NCBI GenBank assembly: GCA_965153455.1
Contig: OZ234493.1
Span: 16,854,213-16,918,212, forward strand
DNA length: 64,000 bases
Direction of reading: 5' to 3'
From: Sphagnum compactum
Lineage: Eukaryota
Of this stretch, positions 39,533 to 52,400 are shown piece by piece. Position 1 is the stretch's first letter, and each line of letters begins with the position of its first letter. Under the pieces are notes generated by a model. It saw only the letters and a list, made by a program, of their open reading frames with translations. It did not search any database and was not told the DNA's origin. The translations under genes were made by a program, and so were the position numbers.

Positions 39533-41535
39533 CTCTACATTTCCAGCAAGAACTTCCTTCAGGGGGTCCAATCTTTAAACCTATCCACCCTTTCCAGTGA
39601 AGGTGCACACTTTGCACAAATCAAAAAAGGGGAGAAGAGAGCAAAGCAAGATGCATTATTTCTTCTAAAGAACAAATTTCTTTCAAACAATGAAACTGAG
39701 ATCAACTGATCAAGTTGCAGCAGAAAAACAACACATGTTCAACTGTGCAGAACTTCTCTGGAAATGTTTTTTTTCAATCAAGAGCACAATGTGGACTATT
39801 TTCTGCAATCTCAGCCATTGTTTCCAGCAAGGAGACAAATTTAGGCTGGGATGTGTTCATGAGAGGAAGTGGGACGTATAAGGAGAAGGAAAGACAGAAG
39901 GGGGTGCTCAGTGGTACCATGGTTGTGGGGTCGGCTGTCAACTGTGGCATGCTCCCATGGCTTTTCAAAGAGCATTTGCCTGTGCACCTGTCACAATCTG
40001 TTTACAGTGGCCAGGCAAGCAGACATATCCAACACCTTCCATATTTGTAATGGTATCTGCTTCAAGACTTATGACAATGAAACACAAAAGTGTTGTGCAA
40101 TTTTTCATACACATACAGCTCTACATACATCTCCAATCAGAAGCGATTCTTGAACTCAATACAATCAACAACCACTTGTGAGGTCGCCAGTAACCCTAAG
40201 TACAAGGTTATTAACTTAATGCTCTCTGTTGTTGTGCTACTGATCTTCGTCATCAGAGTGTGAACCACAGCATTACTTGCCATTCAGAAGCTTCATGATG
40301 CTCTTCACCACTATGAAAGACTTTTCTACTTCTGCGAAGACTCTTTGGAAGGAAAGCTATATGGGGTTCTGTACCATAAACTAAGAAAACGCCATGCATT
40401 TTTTGCTTTATTTTGCCTAAGAAAATGCAAAGCAAAACAAGCGATAATATATATTACCGCTTTTTATGCTTTGCATTTGCCACTTTCTTATGCCTTCTCC
40501 AACTGTTCTTTTACTATGTGTATCATGGTTGCAGGGGATGTGTATTAGAGGCTGCAGGCGATGGGTCAGGCAAATGTGTATCAGAGGCTGCAGGAGATGG
40601 TTTGCGAAGAGGCTGCAAGTGATGGGTGCCGTCGGAAACCCCGTGAAATGCGAAGCAAGTAAGTAAGTACCCAAGTGCTAGTCGAAGAAGCTGATACCTG
40701 AGATGATGCCGATGATCCTGCTGATGAAGGCGATGAGCAAGATCCCAGTTGCTTGAGAAATTGATCAGTTTCTTAGCAGTTGCAGCAGCACAGATTTCTG
40801 TAGAGTTGCTCCTTAGGAACTGCTTCCTGATTCCTCTTGAGCGAGCGGGTGGTGTACAGACAAGAAGCTCACGGTCAACTCCCGTTGCCTCTCTATCTCT
40901 GTCTTTCTGTCCTCTTCTTTTTCTTCTTCTTCTTCTTCAAGTCCATCAGCTCCTTATGAGTGCAGCGGCGTCCCAGCACCTGCAGCTCCTCGTCGACGTG
41001 TCTACATTGCCCTGATTTGCTCTGATCCGATGCAAGTGTGAACCAAAGGACCGAACCCGAAATGAAAAAAAAACTAAAAACCACAACACTACAGATCAGA
41101 TCCAGAAGCTGACAGCAGGAAAAACCAAAACCATATTTCAGCTGTTGCTGTAAGAAAAACCACAAACTTGTAGTGTGTGCAATTATGAATGAAGGAAAGA
41201 TCCCACCCACCTCCAGGCTCCAAACTTCTTGGCTTGTTCGTTGTTCCACAGAAAGAAAGACACACCAGAGAAGAGACAGAGAAGCTCAAAAGCTGGGAAG
41301 TTGAAAAGCAAGGTCGACAAAAGAAAAAGAGGAGAGCAAGAAGATGGAAGGCCCGGCAGATACATAGAAGGTTTTCAGTCGTCAGAACCGAGGGAAAAAA
41401 GATCAAAATCGCCAAATTTTCATATTTGGTTTTCATTGTGTAGCCAAATATAGAGACATATGATTAAATATTTGTACCTTATTTCTCGTTAATAGCTAGA
41501 TTTGGCTAAATCTTCCTTGTCTGTTTTTAGGAATT

Positions 41536-42308
41536 TCTTTATATAGCCAGTCTGAAGGACCGGTAGGATTCATCCATTGAAGTCCGGACTTCTGTCCGCG
41601 TCCTTGTTGCCTGTCGCAGCAGACGCGAACGCGAGGAGGCCAAGTTCTGCTCCGAGAAGGTGCGCGCGACTTCTACAGTGATTGTTTTCCTTCTTGTCTG
41701 TCGCAGCATACGCGAACACGTTTTCCTTATCGTCTGTCGCAGCAGATGCGTTCGCGAAAAGGCCTTTGAAGATTCTGCTCCGGGAAGGTGCGGCATCAGC
41801 AGTGATCGAAACGAGTGTGTGTTTTTTTTCGCAAGGTATTGTGATGAAACAAATTTCTGAGCCAGTTTTTCCTCTTCTCTTTTTTTTTTTTTGACGGACT
41901 GTGAGGCGGCGGTGTGCTCTGGTGGCGTGTTTCTTGTCGTCATGTTCCAGCGAGTAAGTTGAAAATGTTATCTAAGTGCAGTCGTAGTGCTATTCAAGGT
42001 TTTTTTCTGATTTTCAATACCTGCACAATGCCATTGTGATATTTTGTTTTCTTTCTCATTTTCAAACACTAGCACACAATACCAACGGGTTAGTATTGTG
42101 ACATTTTTTTTTCTGATTTTCAAACTTGGTTAGTTTAGTTTTCGGGGATTGATTAGGGTTGCATTTAGTTTGAGGGAAGTGAATATAGTATCTCTCTATC
42201 AATTTTCTTGCGATTTGAGATCACTTGATGCAATTGTTTTTTGGATTGAATGTTTGTTTCCAAGTGTTAAAATATATTGTGTGTTGGTTCAGGGGCAGCA
42301 TCTTCAAA
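41536..42308 (+). promoter_or_regulatory. Putative TATA box, CpG-rich 5'UTR exon and 5'UTR intron (41954-42292) of the nuclease gene
   Basis: TTTATATAG near 41538, followed by a CpG-rich pyrimidine-rich stretch. Donor GTAAGT at 41954, a T-rich intron, acceptor TTCAG ending at 42292, and AAAATG at 42309. Confidence 0.55.
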
Positions 42309-43232
42309 ATGATGTTATACCATGGTGGGGAGAATGATGTTGAGTTTGTGCCATCTTGTTCAACTTCAAGGGATCCGAGTCCAACTCCAGAGGATGTGGA
42401 TTTGGAAGAAGTGCTTATGGGATATCCTAACATTTCCCAAGTTCCTTTCACAAACTTGGTTGCTTTCAAGAGGATTTGCTTTGCACGCTCCAAGAGACTA
42501 GTTGAGAGAACACAAACACCTCAATACTTGGCATTTACAAGTGTGAGTCAAGAGAGTCTTGATGAGATTGATAGGATTCGTGATGAGAGACGGGGTCGGC
42601 TACCACGAATGACCATTCTGTACGATGGGAGAGAAGAAATTTTGATCCTCAAACTTATGGTTGGTGTGATGCATGAAGGTGTAGCACGTGAATTTGCCTC
42701 AATGTTCGAAATGAAGTTGCTGCTTCTAGACTTTCGTGCATCACTTGCAGCAACTGGATCTGCTAGATTTGGATGCCCTGCAGGTAGATCAAAGGAACCA
42801 GATGTTGGTTACAAACCCATTTCTCGTGAAATGCAAGACGGATGGCCAAGTTTTGTTATTGAAGTTGGTGTGTCGCAGTCACTTGCTATGTTGCGTAGAG
42901 ATGCTGCATTTTGGATCACCAACAGTGATCAGAGAACTCGCATAGTGATCGTGTTGAGCATCAACCGGAGGGATCGACGAATTTTGGTAGAGCGATGGGA
43001 GGAAGTTCCTAGGAGACGACCAAATCAGTCCACTGCTAACTACAGTCGCATACCAGGATTGATGCAATCTCTAACATTGAACGCGGATGTTGAATATGAC
43101 GGTCCTTCCCTTGAGATTCCAGCAGAGAAGCTTTTTGACGGTATGCCTCAAAACATTCCTGGAGGGGAATTTTTATTCACTCCCCACAACTTAAATGCGT
43201 TCAATAGAACCATTTGGATTGCATACCAATAA
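42309..43232 (+). CDS. Intronless PD-(D/E)XK restriction-endonuclease-fold protein (Uma2-like), 307 aa, resembling fungal hypothetical proteins
   Basis: Intact ORF with YDGREEILILKLMVGVMHE, SKEPD, WPSFVIEVGVSQSLAMLRRDAAFW and RIVIVLSIN..ILVERWE. This is the HE...PD...(I)EV.S pattern of Uma2-type nucleases. Confidence 0.8.
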   Translation: MMLYHGGENDVEFVPSCSTSRDPSPTPEDVDLEEVLMGYPNISQVPFTNLVAFKRICFARSKRLVERTQTPQYLAFTSVSQESLDEIDRIRDERRGRLPRMTILYDGREEILILKLMVGVMHEGVAREFASMFEMKLLLLDFRASLAATGSARFGCPAGRSKEPDVGYKPISREMQDGWPSFVIEVGVSQSLAMLRRDAAFWITNSDQRTRIVIVLSINRRDRRILVERWEEVPRRRPNQSTANYSRIPGLMQSLTLNADVEYDGPSLEIPAEKLFDGMPQNIPGGEFLFTPHNLNAFNRTIWIAYQ

Positions 43233-44395
43233 CGCTTGCAATGAGCTGCCCTTACTTTGTTGGTTAGTAGTTAAATCCCTTTTTGGACTGTGTTTCTAAC
43301 ATCTGTTATATGTGGCTTTTATTCTGGCTTTTATTCTAAATCTGATGTGTACCATTCATCAGCTGGGAAGAGCTTCATACAACTCGACCAGCCTGGAATA
43401 TAGTAGATTGTGTGATAATATTAATACTCCAGTGAATAGTTGTCCTTGGATTCTGATATGAAACACAAGTCCAGTTGGTTGTACCTACAAGTCATATTGT
43501 TCCAACACAAGCTGTCAAAATTTTGCAAAAAACCAGATTCAAATGATATTTTTATGTCTTAAGAAGCATCTTCATGCTTATTAATGTGATACTTTTGAAC
43601 TATGAATGGGTGATGACCTTCAAACGCCATATGAATTCTATTTTCTTTTCTATCTTTAATGATAGTTGGGTTCAGCTTGGACATGTCCAAGTAAACCTTA
43701 TTGTTAGATCAGCTCACAGGTTGACTTCAAATCTTTAGCATGGAAAAGCTCTTGTCGAAGAACAATGTTCATACATTTCAATGATAGAACATTGCCCCCA
43801 GTATTCCTTGAAAATATCAGAGCAGTGAAGGTGAACTTCTCTATTTGTCAACAACTTTTTCAAAAAGCTTCCAAACCTAAATAACAGGTGATGTATAAGG
43901 TCCATCTGCAATTTGCAACAGCAGCTTATTCAGTATTTATAATTCCAAGGGAACTATTACGGTTTGTTAAATAAAGTGGCCTCTGCTATGGAGGTCTGCT
44001 CCCCAAAGTTGTTCCTCAGAAGTTAGGCCCCAAAACTACAAAACCCTTTCTGCAGTTGAATCTCTAGACACAGGTGAAGAAGATTTCAGCTTCTAAATCT
44101 AAAGCTCATATTGTACAAACTCAAAGTATCTTAAAGAAATCAAGAAAGGTGTTCCCTGTGTGAAAGAGCAGTTACCAATTGCTGTAACCTGTTGACATCA
44201 ATGTTTCTAAGCTGGAGCTCCACATGGGCTTTGGCAAGTCCTAACTTTGCATAGTGCAACTCCTGAAAACATCGACAAAGACCTGAATCCACTTGGGACT
44301 ATCCCAGTTGGTACCACCGTATTTGGGACCCCACGAAAAACTCTGAAATCCTCCAAAACCCCCACCCTGTAACATATGGACTCCGGTTGCAAGTG

Positions 44396-47300
44396 TCAGC
44401 ACCCCATAATTAACAGCCCCAAGAAGTTCTTCAAAGTTCCATGTGTTGCAACCCTACTCTCATCATCATTTTCTGGAAGTAGCCTCTTTCTGGAGGCATT
44501 TAGTGTTGAATTCATCAATGAGGCATCTCCAAAGTCCCTGTTCTGCGGTTGTGGTACAGTGGGTGTTGTGAAATTCACCATCTTGCGCACTTGAATTTCA
44601 ACCCTCTTGCTACTGTTGTCCAGTGTTCCGAGGCAACTGTCTTTTGTGGAAAACCAAATGAGTCCTAAAGACAAACAGAGCACACAGATGTAACTCTGTA
44701 TCTTAATCCCAGCCACATTACCAAACATAATGGTCAGCTATTACAGGTTCATCTCATACTCAAACTTATTTTTCTGAACAGAATTTTGTGAATTGTATAT
44801 CATCACAAAGGGTAGTGAAACAGAATAGGGTTTAGACAAACAAAATACCATGGCATGAAAGCCCTCTAACTGCTCAAATGCAGAATCTGCTTCCTCCCTG
44901 CTCTTGAAAACAGCATATGTGGAGCCTGTCTTGTGTTGACTTTTCACAGTAATTTCCTGTCAACATGAGATTCACAAACACAAGTTCATTACCCCCTTCA
45001 ATTATATATCATCTAAAGCTGTATAACAATTTGTCTACTGCAAAAGTGAGGAGATTTGAGCAAAATTAGGCCCTGTATATTGAACTTCAATGCTAAATTC
45101 CCCTGATGCCAAGAACAAAGCCCAGTCCTTGCCACAAACCATATACAATTAACAATAACAAACACCCAATTATCCAGCCCATGAGAAAGGTAGGAAATAG
45201 AAACAACCTGGATTTCACAAGGAAACTCTATTGTGAACAAAGTCTGTAAGTCTGTGACTGTCAAGAAATTGGGCAGCTTGTGCAAAAAGAGCTTGGACAC
45301 TGATTCTTGCTTCACCTGTGATCAGCAACACCACATTATGACGCACTGATATTTAACCAGTAAGAGTCCAAGAAAATTTCTGGGCTCCTTAGACCCATTG
45401 GAATATCTAGCATGCCCTGACTGAAAACACCCACAAAAAAAAAAGAAGAAAGAACAAGAGCCAGACACTGGAAAAGTTAAGAATCTAGAGGGCTTCTGAG
45501 CTTTGCTGGAAAAGTCACAACTTACCCTCTCGGACTGAGTAATATCAGACTCCTCCAGGCCATGTTCAAGCCTATGCAAGACCAAGCGCATGGGAACAAT
45601 AGCATCATCCAAACAGTTGTGAGGCTTTCCTTCCACCCTGAAATCATATCGTAATACAGCCTGTTTTCCCCCAAAGGAATTTGAGAATGATCAACATAAC
45701 AAAGTCACATAAAAGAATACAGTGAATCTACTGACAAGAAAAGTCCTGACAGACCCCAACTCATTTCTAGAACAATCAAGAAGAGATCATGTGTCTTGCA
45801 TGTCTATTGAGAGATCCAAAATTCCAACTGTAAACTTGTGCCATAGAATTCAGTCAGAAAAATTCAGAATGTACCTTACAGAGGTTGACAAGGCTGGGCA
45901 AGTGAGTCAATGCACAAGTCCTCAGTTGGAATATATATGTTGTGTCAATCACCTGTTGGTGATCAATTTTCAAAACTGACCACCAAAGCAAACACCATAA
46001 TTAGATGTAGTAGGCATGCATACAAATAACCCTCATCACACTAATGTAGATCTGAAGTGGTCTTTCCCTTTTTCCTGTTTAAGACCATAACCCTAAACCC
46101 CATCAACCCTAAACCTGGGCAATTCTCACAGCATCAACAACCTTCCGTCAGACACCAACTGAGAACCATTCAATGGTATATGTGTTCAGAATTCTCATAC
46201 AAGAGACCAGTGACTCCTAGTCTGTGGCAAGAGGCAAGAGTAATTGTACCACTTAAGTCGTGGTCCAAGCTATGGCCCACAAGAATAGTGCCTGGACTCA
46301 GTAGCTTCTTCACCATCTCTGCAACTCAGAAACAGCTCTCTTTAATTACAAAATCTATATTTGCACTCTCCATCAGATTGAAGTTGCCCAAACCCTGGAA
46401 CACAAATGCTGGAAAATGACCTGGGCACCTCTTAAATAAGACAGAAACCTCTCTTAGATCCTCAACAGACCATAAATCCTAAATTGGTGCTGACAACAGA
46501 CCTGAACAGCTTCTTGGGTAAGAGAGACTCCTTCTAGATCCTCAGCCTTCACTCCTGTGATGTGTGTGAGGTAATCCACCACCTTCTTATTTGGCAAGAC
46601 AAGCTCGTCAATCAATATCTGCATGCCACACCCAATGCCACCATAATTAAGTCTACTGTAAGCTTCCTATCCAAACATAGTGCATGCTTTAAAACTAGAA
46701 GATGGAATTTGACTGAGAATCTTGACCCAGATCAGTACCAGACTGTGAAGCAGGGGAAAAACAGCAACTTCTGAGATTACATGCTTACATCACAGTTACG
46801 GTCAACAGCAAAGATTTTCACAATCTGGGCTTCACCCCCTTCACAGTCCACCATTTCACAATCACGAGCAATGAGCCTTTCTGGAACATCGATTTTCCTT
46901 TCTCTCTTTGAAATGATCCATCCCTGACAACCACACCCAGTAGACAAGTTTTCAAATAGGGTTAGATTAAACTGACAATTCCACCCATTTCAATGATGTG
47001 AGCCTATACCAAATTAAATGTGTTTCCAGGAAAAGAACCATGGAAGTCTAGCTACAAAAGGTTACTGTTGACTCCACTGGCCAGTTCCCTCCACCCTCTT
47101 TTCCCTCCATTCAGCAAGGGGATGGTTTTCCATCATACTCTTCCATGTTACAAGTTGTTGCTTGTGTGAATATTAACACAAAGAGTACTGTTTCCAGTTA
47201 AGAATGTGAGAGAACCTTCTGGTAGGAAGGGAAAGTGTATGAGCAAGGAAACTGAATATGTGCTTGAGTTAACTCCACCAGCTCCTGAAAACCCACCAGC

Positions 47301-48460
47301 TCTTTCAGCACACCTCATAAAGTAAGCTAATCAAGGAGCCAAAGATAATCAAATGTTTCGTGCTTTCTTAATTGAAGCCCGCATAACCAGCAAGCTGATT
47401 ACCCAGGAAAATGCAAATGACATATCAAAAATAAATTTTAAAATCCTTTCTCTCTCCATTCCAGTTTTTCTTTTATGTTGCTGCACAATAGGAGCTTGCT
47501 CGTGCTTTGTCAGCACTTGGCAGCCTCCTTTTTGCTTTGGCCAGAAGAGCCTTTTAGGAGGAGAAAGCGAGCAAAGCATGATGTTCATAAAGCAAAAAAT
47601 ATGTCTTTGCATTTTGGTTGGACTCGTGGTGCAAATAAAGTGGTCTTTGGTGAAAACAAAACATTGAGCTTATTTCACTGGGTCGTCACTCAGGATCAAT
47701 GTCATTCCAGATTGCATTGTATAATCATGATACACCCAATTGGCTTTTCATTCTCAATTGCACACCTGTTCAGGAGTTTTTGGCCATGGATGAGTTGCAT
47801 TCAAGAGCTTCTCTGGCTTATGACAATGAGCCCACTTGCGGATCCTCTTTACTGTCTCCATGGACATTGTTCCAGAAAGCAAAGCACACTATTTTGACCA
47901 TAACAAGTGTCTTCACACAGAGACTAGGTACTTGAAGAAGCATATTTAAAACCATTGGTATACTGTATTTCACATCTGGGTATTTCATTATGCCCTTTGT
48001 ACGAAACTCCCATCTCCCAGCTAACATTTTTTCAATGTAATTAAATTCTTATGCCAATCCCCAACTTGCATATCTTTCAAACCGTTTCTCTGGACATTAT
48101 CTCATTTCCTTGAACCCAGCCAAAACTTCAAAAACAGATAACTTCCACAAATTGATGTTCCACAATTTGAAAAATAGCTTTCAGTCTTCACTATTCATCC
48201 TAGTATCCTTACATGTGAGGTGAATGCCTGCATACAATTCAGCAAGATGCAGTTGTAAACATTATTAAGGAACTAAACTGAATATCTTCATCATTAGCGA
48301 AGGTCTTCACAAATGCAGCAAGGACATCAAAGGGATGTCTCGCAGGGTCAGTCTCTGAACCACTGCTCTCTGCATTGATGGATGAAACAAACTCCAACCA
48401 GCTGCCCATTTGCCCCTTATTCCACTGTGCCAGTGCAGTCCTTACTATCATGATCAGGAC
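44396..48460 (-). CDS. Small RNA degrading nuclease (SDN/REXO-type DEDDh exonuclease with RRM-like C-terminus), multi-exon; may be a young pseudogene
   Basis: Exons encode DPARHPFDVLAAFVKTF, ELVELTQAH..TFPSY, LIARDCEMVDCEGG, VVDYLTHITGV, ILVGHSLDHDL, LKIDHQQVIDT..PSLVNLCK, PHNCLDDAIVPMRLV, KLFLHKLP and TYAVFKSREEADSAFEQLEG. The catalytic motifs are intact, but two splice sites are irregular. Confidence 0.8.
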
Positions 48461-49429
48461 CTGTAAAAAAAATCAACAAAAGCAGCTGTATGATCATGTC
48501 CCAACTTCAAGCATCACATTTTCCCCTGAGATGAAAAGCCTGAATTCTGGCACTTCTAGGTTTTAGGGAAAGTGCTGTTTGGTGCAGCTGACTGGTCAGA
48601 AATACCCAATGGTGCCAGTCCAAAGTCAACACTGTGGACAGAAAAGAAAACGAAAGAGAATGGAGGTTCATGATAAAGGTTCTCACGTTCATGTCTGTTT
48701 CCTTGAAGCCTGTCAGATACTTTGAGCTGTCCATGACTCCTTTCCCATTCTGCTTTGCCATCCAAAGCAAAGTGGAAACCACAATTCTTAGATACAAGCC
48801 TTAGACTTTGACAAGACCACAATATAGGGGGAAATGTTGCTTGCATCCTGAGCAGTATTATCTGTAGGAAAGCACTATTATTCTCTTGGACTGAGCAAGA
48901 ACAAAAACAGTTGCTAAAAGGACATGGATAGAAAATATACATCTTCATTGCTTTCCTTGGAGCTTATCCAAGGTTTGGAGCCGAGCATAACTGCCCCAGT
49001 CATCTGGTTGAGAATTCACCACAAATAAGACTCAGATTAGTTAAGATGAGATGATGAGCAGGAAGTTATCCTCCAGCATGCAAAGATCACATAATCTGTC
49101 TACTCTGGGTTTAGGGTTTAGGATCTACACCACAGGATAGAAAATTATTAATATCATTTTTTCCCAAGGAAAATGAGTACAACTGTGCTGGACGTGATCA
49201 AATAGTCATTGAGCAAAGAACCCTCCAGGAATAAAAAACTTGGGGAAATCATCAGAGAAAAGAAGTCAAGGAATGTACAGCAGTCTCAGTTTTCACCAGG
49301 CTCGGGAAAGTCTTTGAGCACTCCTCACTGTTCATGGATATCTCATTCAAAAGATCCACACAAGATATTAACGTCATAAGCTGGAACCTCTCAGCATCTC
49401 CAAGTGTGCTTCTATTTTTCTTTCATACA

Positions 49430-52400
49430 AAACAGCTCAATGGATAGACCCAAGAGCTGGAATCCTTAAACTTAGCCAGTGTATCCTTGTTGATTCAGGA
49501 AGGGTCTGATTGAAAATGTACAAGATGGCTGAAGCACATACAACTAGTTAGGTCTTGATCAATACATATCATCTGTGGGAGAGGTAGGAGACCATTGGAA
49601 CTATAACCCTGAAATTTCAAACAGAAAAAATTAGGCCTGGTATCTTCCAAAACTTTGAAGCATACCAACCAACCTGCATTTTGCCCAGAAACAACACTGC
49701 ACAACGCCAACATTTGTACCTTGTCCAGAAGAGGAACAACACAGCTAGAGGCACCATGCTCAAGATGATGCCAAACCAAGCGCATTGGCAAGATAGCATC
49801 ATCCATGCAACTGTTCAATCCTTCCTTCTGGAATCCTGTTTTCCACACAGCCTCAATTCCCACAAGTAAAGGCATTAGTTGATGTTTTACAACCCATGAA
49901 CTTGAGCTTGAACCAACTACACGTTAAGTTGACTGATGTCTCAACAAGCTTTTCATTAATTTAATGTAAAGAGTAACCATCAAAGTCATTACACCAGTGG
50001 CTAGGACTCATCATGGTCCCTTGAAAGTGGTTTTGGGTTGAATTCACTACACAGTTGTGCTAAATGATGGACATGATCACATGGACATATGAAGGTCACT
50101 GGTAAACAGGTCATCAAAAAAGTACAAAAGGGTTTAGGGTTTACGGGATAGGGGTTTGAGGGAAGAAAGAGCAAACATGATTGCACCCATTATGGTGGTT
50201 AAAAAGGGTACACCTTCAAAGAGATTCCCTTAGGGTGAAGAGACAATACACCACATGTGATCTGCAAAGAGTACAATTGGCTAACCTTGCACAAGTTGAC
50301 AATGGTGGGCAGTGGCCCAGTATGTGAACCACTATTGTGAAACAATAATCCTGTGTCAATCACCTGCTTGTGATTGATTTTCAAAACTGCAATAGCCCAC
50401 AAAGAGGAAAGGTCATATATTCATTCACCCATAAGCTTCAAGGAGCCACTTCAAACTTTGGGGCTTTAGCAGGCAAAAAAACCCGACATGGTTGCTCATA
50501 CTGTCCTTGAGTCCTTGAATAGTGGAGAGAGTAGGGGAGAGAGCATACTAGCCAAAGCATGATTTAAGCTGTGGCCAACAAGAATGCTTCCTGGAGTCAA
50601 CAACTTCTTCACAAGCTTCTGCAATGCACAATGCAACAATAGAATGACTACTACCATGGCGAGTAAGAATAAATTCTATGTGTGTAACCATAGCATCCTG
50701 CAGGCTCTTCTCTCTCTCTCACTGCAATCTTGGTTGCTTTCATTGAATAATTTTCCATGAACAGATGCCGGGCATACCTGGGTAACAGCAACCTGTTCAA
50801 GATCCTTAACTTTGACTTCTGTAATACTTGTGATACAATCTTCAACATTGGTGGCTGGCAGAACCAGCTGATTAATCAGCACCTGCATCCAAGCAAAGAA
50901 AACTGCATGGTTGCCTGTGATCCAAGCTAAAATGTCACATGTGGGCAGAAAGAAAAGAAAACCATCTTCACAATATTTACTAAAGAAATGATACCTATTT
51001 ATGAGATTGAGGATAAAACTCCACAACAACACTTTGAAGGTAACACAAAATTGCATAAGAAAAGAGAGTTTCCTGAATCAAATCACAATTCTTGAACCCA
51101 GCTTGCAATCACAATTAACTGCACAAATATGGACAACTTCAGTGTGATGTCTTGCACATTGCACCAACTCACAGCCAAGTGACACAAGTCTTTCTGGATT
51201 GCTTGCCTCCTTTGCTATTTTTAATATTTTCCATCCCTGTAAAGCCATTACAAAATTTGGGACGAAGTAAGAAAAACACACAATGTATGCACTGTGGATG
51301 GGAATGCAACCCGCAGCAGACAAAAAGGGTGATTGCAAAAACAACAGAACTGGGGAGATACGTAAAAACAGCTACCATCTGTGTTCTTTTTAGCACCATA
51401 TAAGTAACTTGAACAAGAACACCTATGTAGCAAAATTGGAGGCAGGATGGTGATTCCACAATCTACATCACAAGGTGAGGTTGCAAAGCTAACTCTTCTA
51501 TTTCACTGATGAAACAGAAAAAAAGAAACTGGGACGACTGTGGCCCTCCTTGCTTCCCAAGAAAAAAGTGAACAGAAACCTCGTGGTAGGAAGGAAAATT
51601 GTAGAGGTGTTGGAACAAGGGATGCACTTGTGTTAATTCCACCAGCTCCTGCACCACCATTGGCATGTCAACAATTCAATACACATACATCGTTGATTAG
51701 ATTTCACCTCTATTTCAACTAGGAAGCTGTCGTCCGTCAGTCCCATGCCTATAGATTTTATTTCAACACAAAACAACCACCAGAAAATCAATGAGTAATG
51801 GTTATTTTGCTAAAGAGGAACATCTATACTTGCATGCTTGATGCACCAACCAAACTACAAAGTTCCTACTTTGTATGCTGATTTCTTTCCTTGCCTTGCT
51901 CGTTCTTTCTTCGTGTCCTAAATTGCACACACCTGTTCTGGACATTTTGGCCCTGGCTGGGTCTCACCCAACAGTTTCAAATTTTCCATGCATTGAGCCC
52001 ACTTCTGGGCCCTTTTCACCATCTGCATGCTCATCATGGAAAACAATAATAGGCACAGTTACAAGCCCATGGTGCATTCCAACAAAGAGTTCTTCATCGT
52101 TGTTTGCTCCTTTAAGGCTTAGTTTCCCTGATCTCTAAAACCCTAAAGTTGCTATTCTAAAATGTATTCATCAAGCATCCCAGAAACTACAATCCACCTG
52201 AACTGATTCTTCTCCCAGACTTCTTCAATTCAACCTGCCTCTTATCCAAATCCAGGCAAATTCATAGCCTTAAACATCCAATAACCAATCCGCAAGATCC
52301 ACCTGACCTGATTCTTCTCCCAGACTTTCTTCAATCACAACTGCTTCTTCTGCATACATATCCAGCAATTGCAAGTCTTAAAGAATCTACAATCCTTGAG

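Larger units (their letters stand above)
28979..43232 (+). repeat. Segmental duplication copy B (collinear, ancestral gene order)
   Basis: Matches 5638-15142 directly and 15143-19864 in inverted orientation. Confidence 0.97.

Noticed and set aside
5638-43232. Duplication as a haplotype-assembly artefact
   Set aside because: The copies differ by many substitutions, copy-specific indels (about 75 bp at 12781 in A only, about 200 bp at 40315 in B only) and an inversion. This fits a real, older duplication better, though read depth should confirm it.
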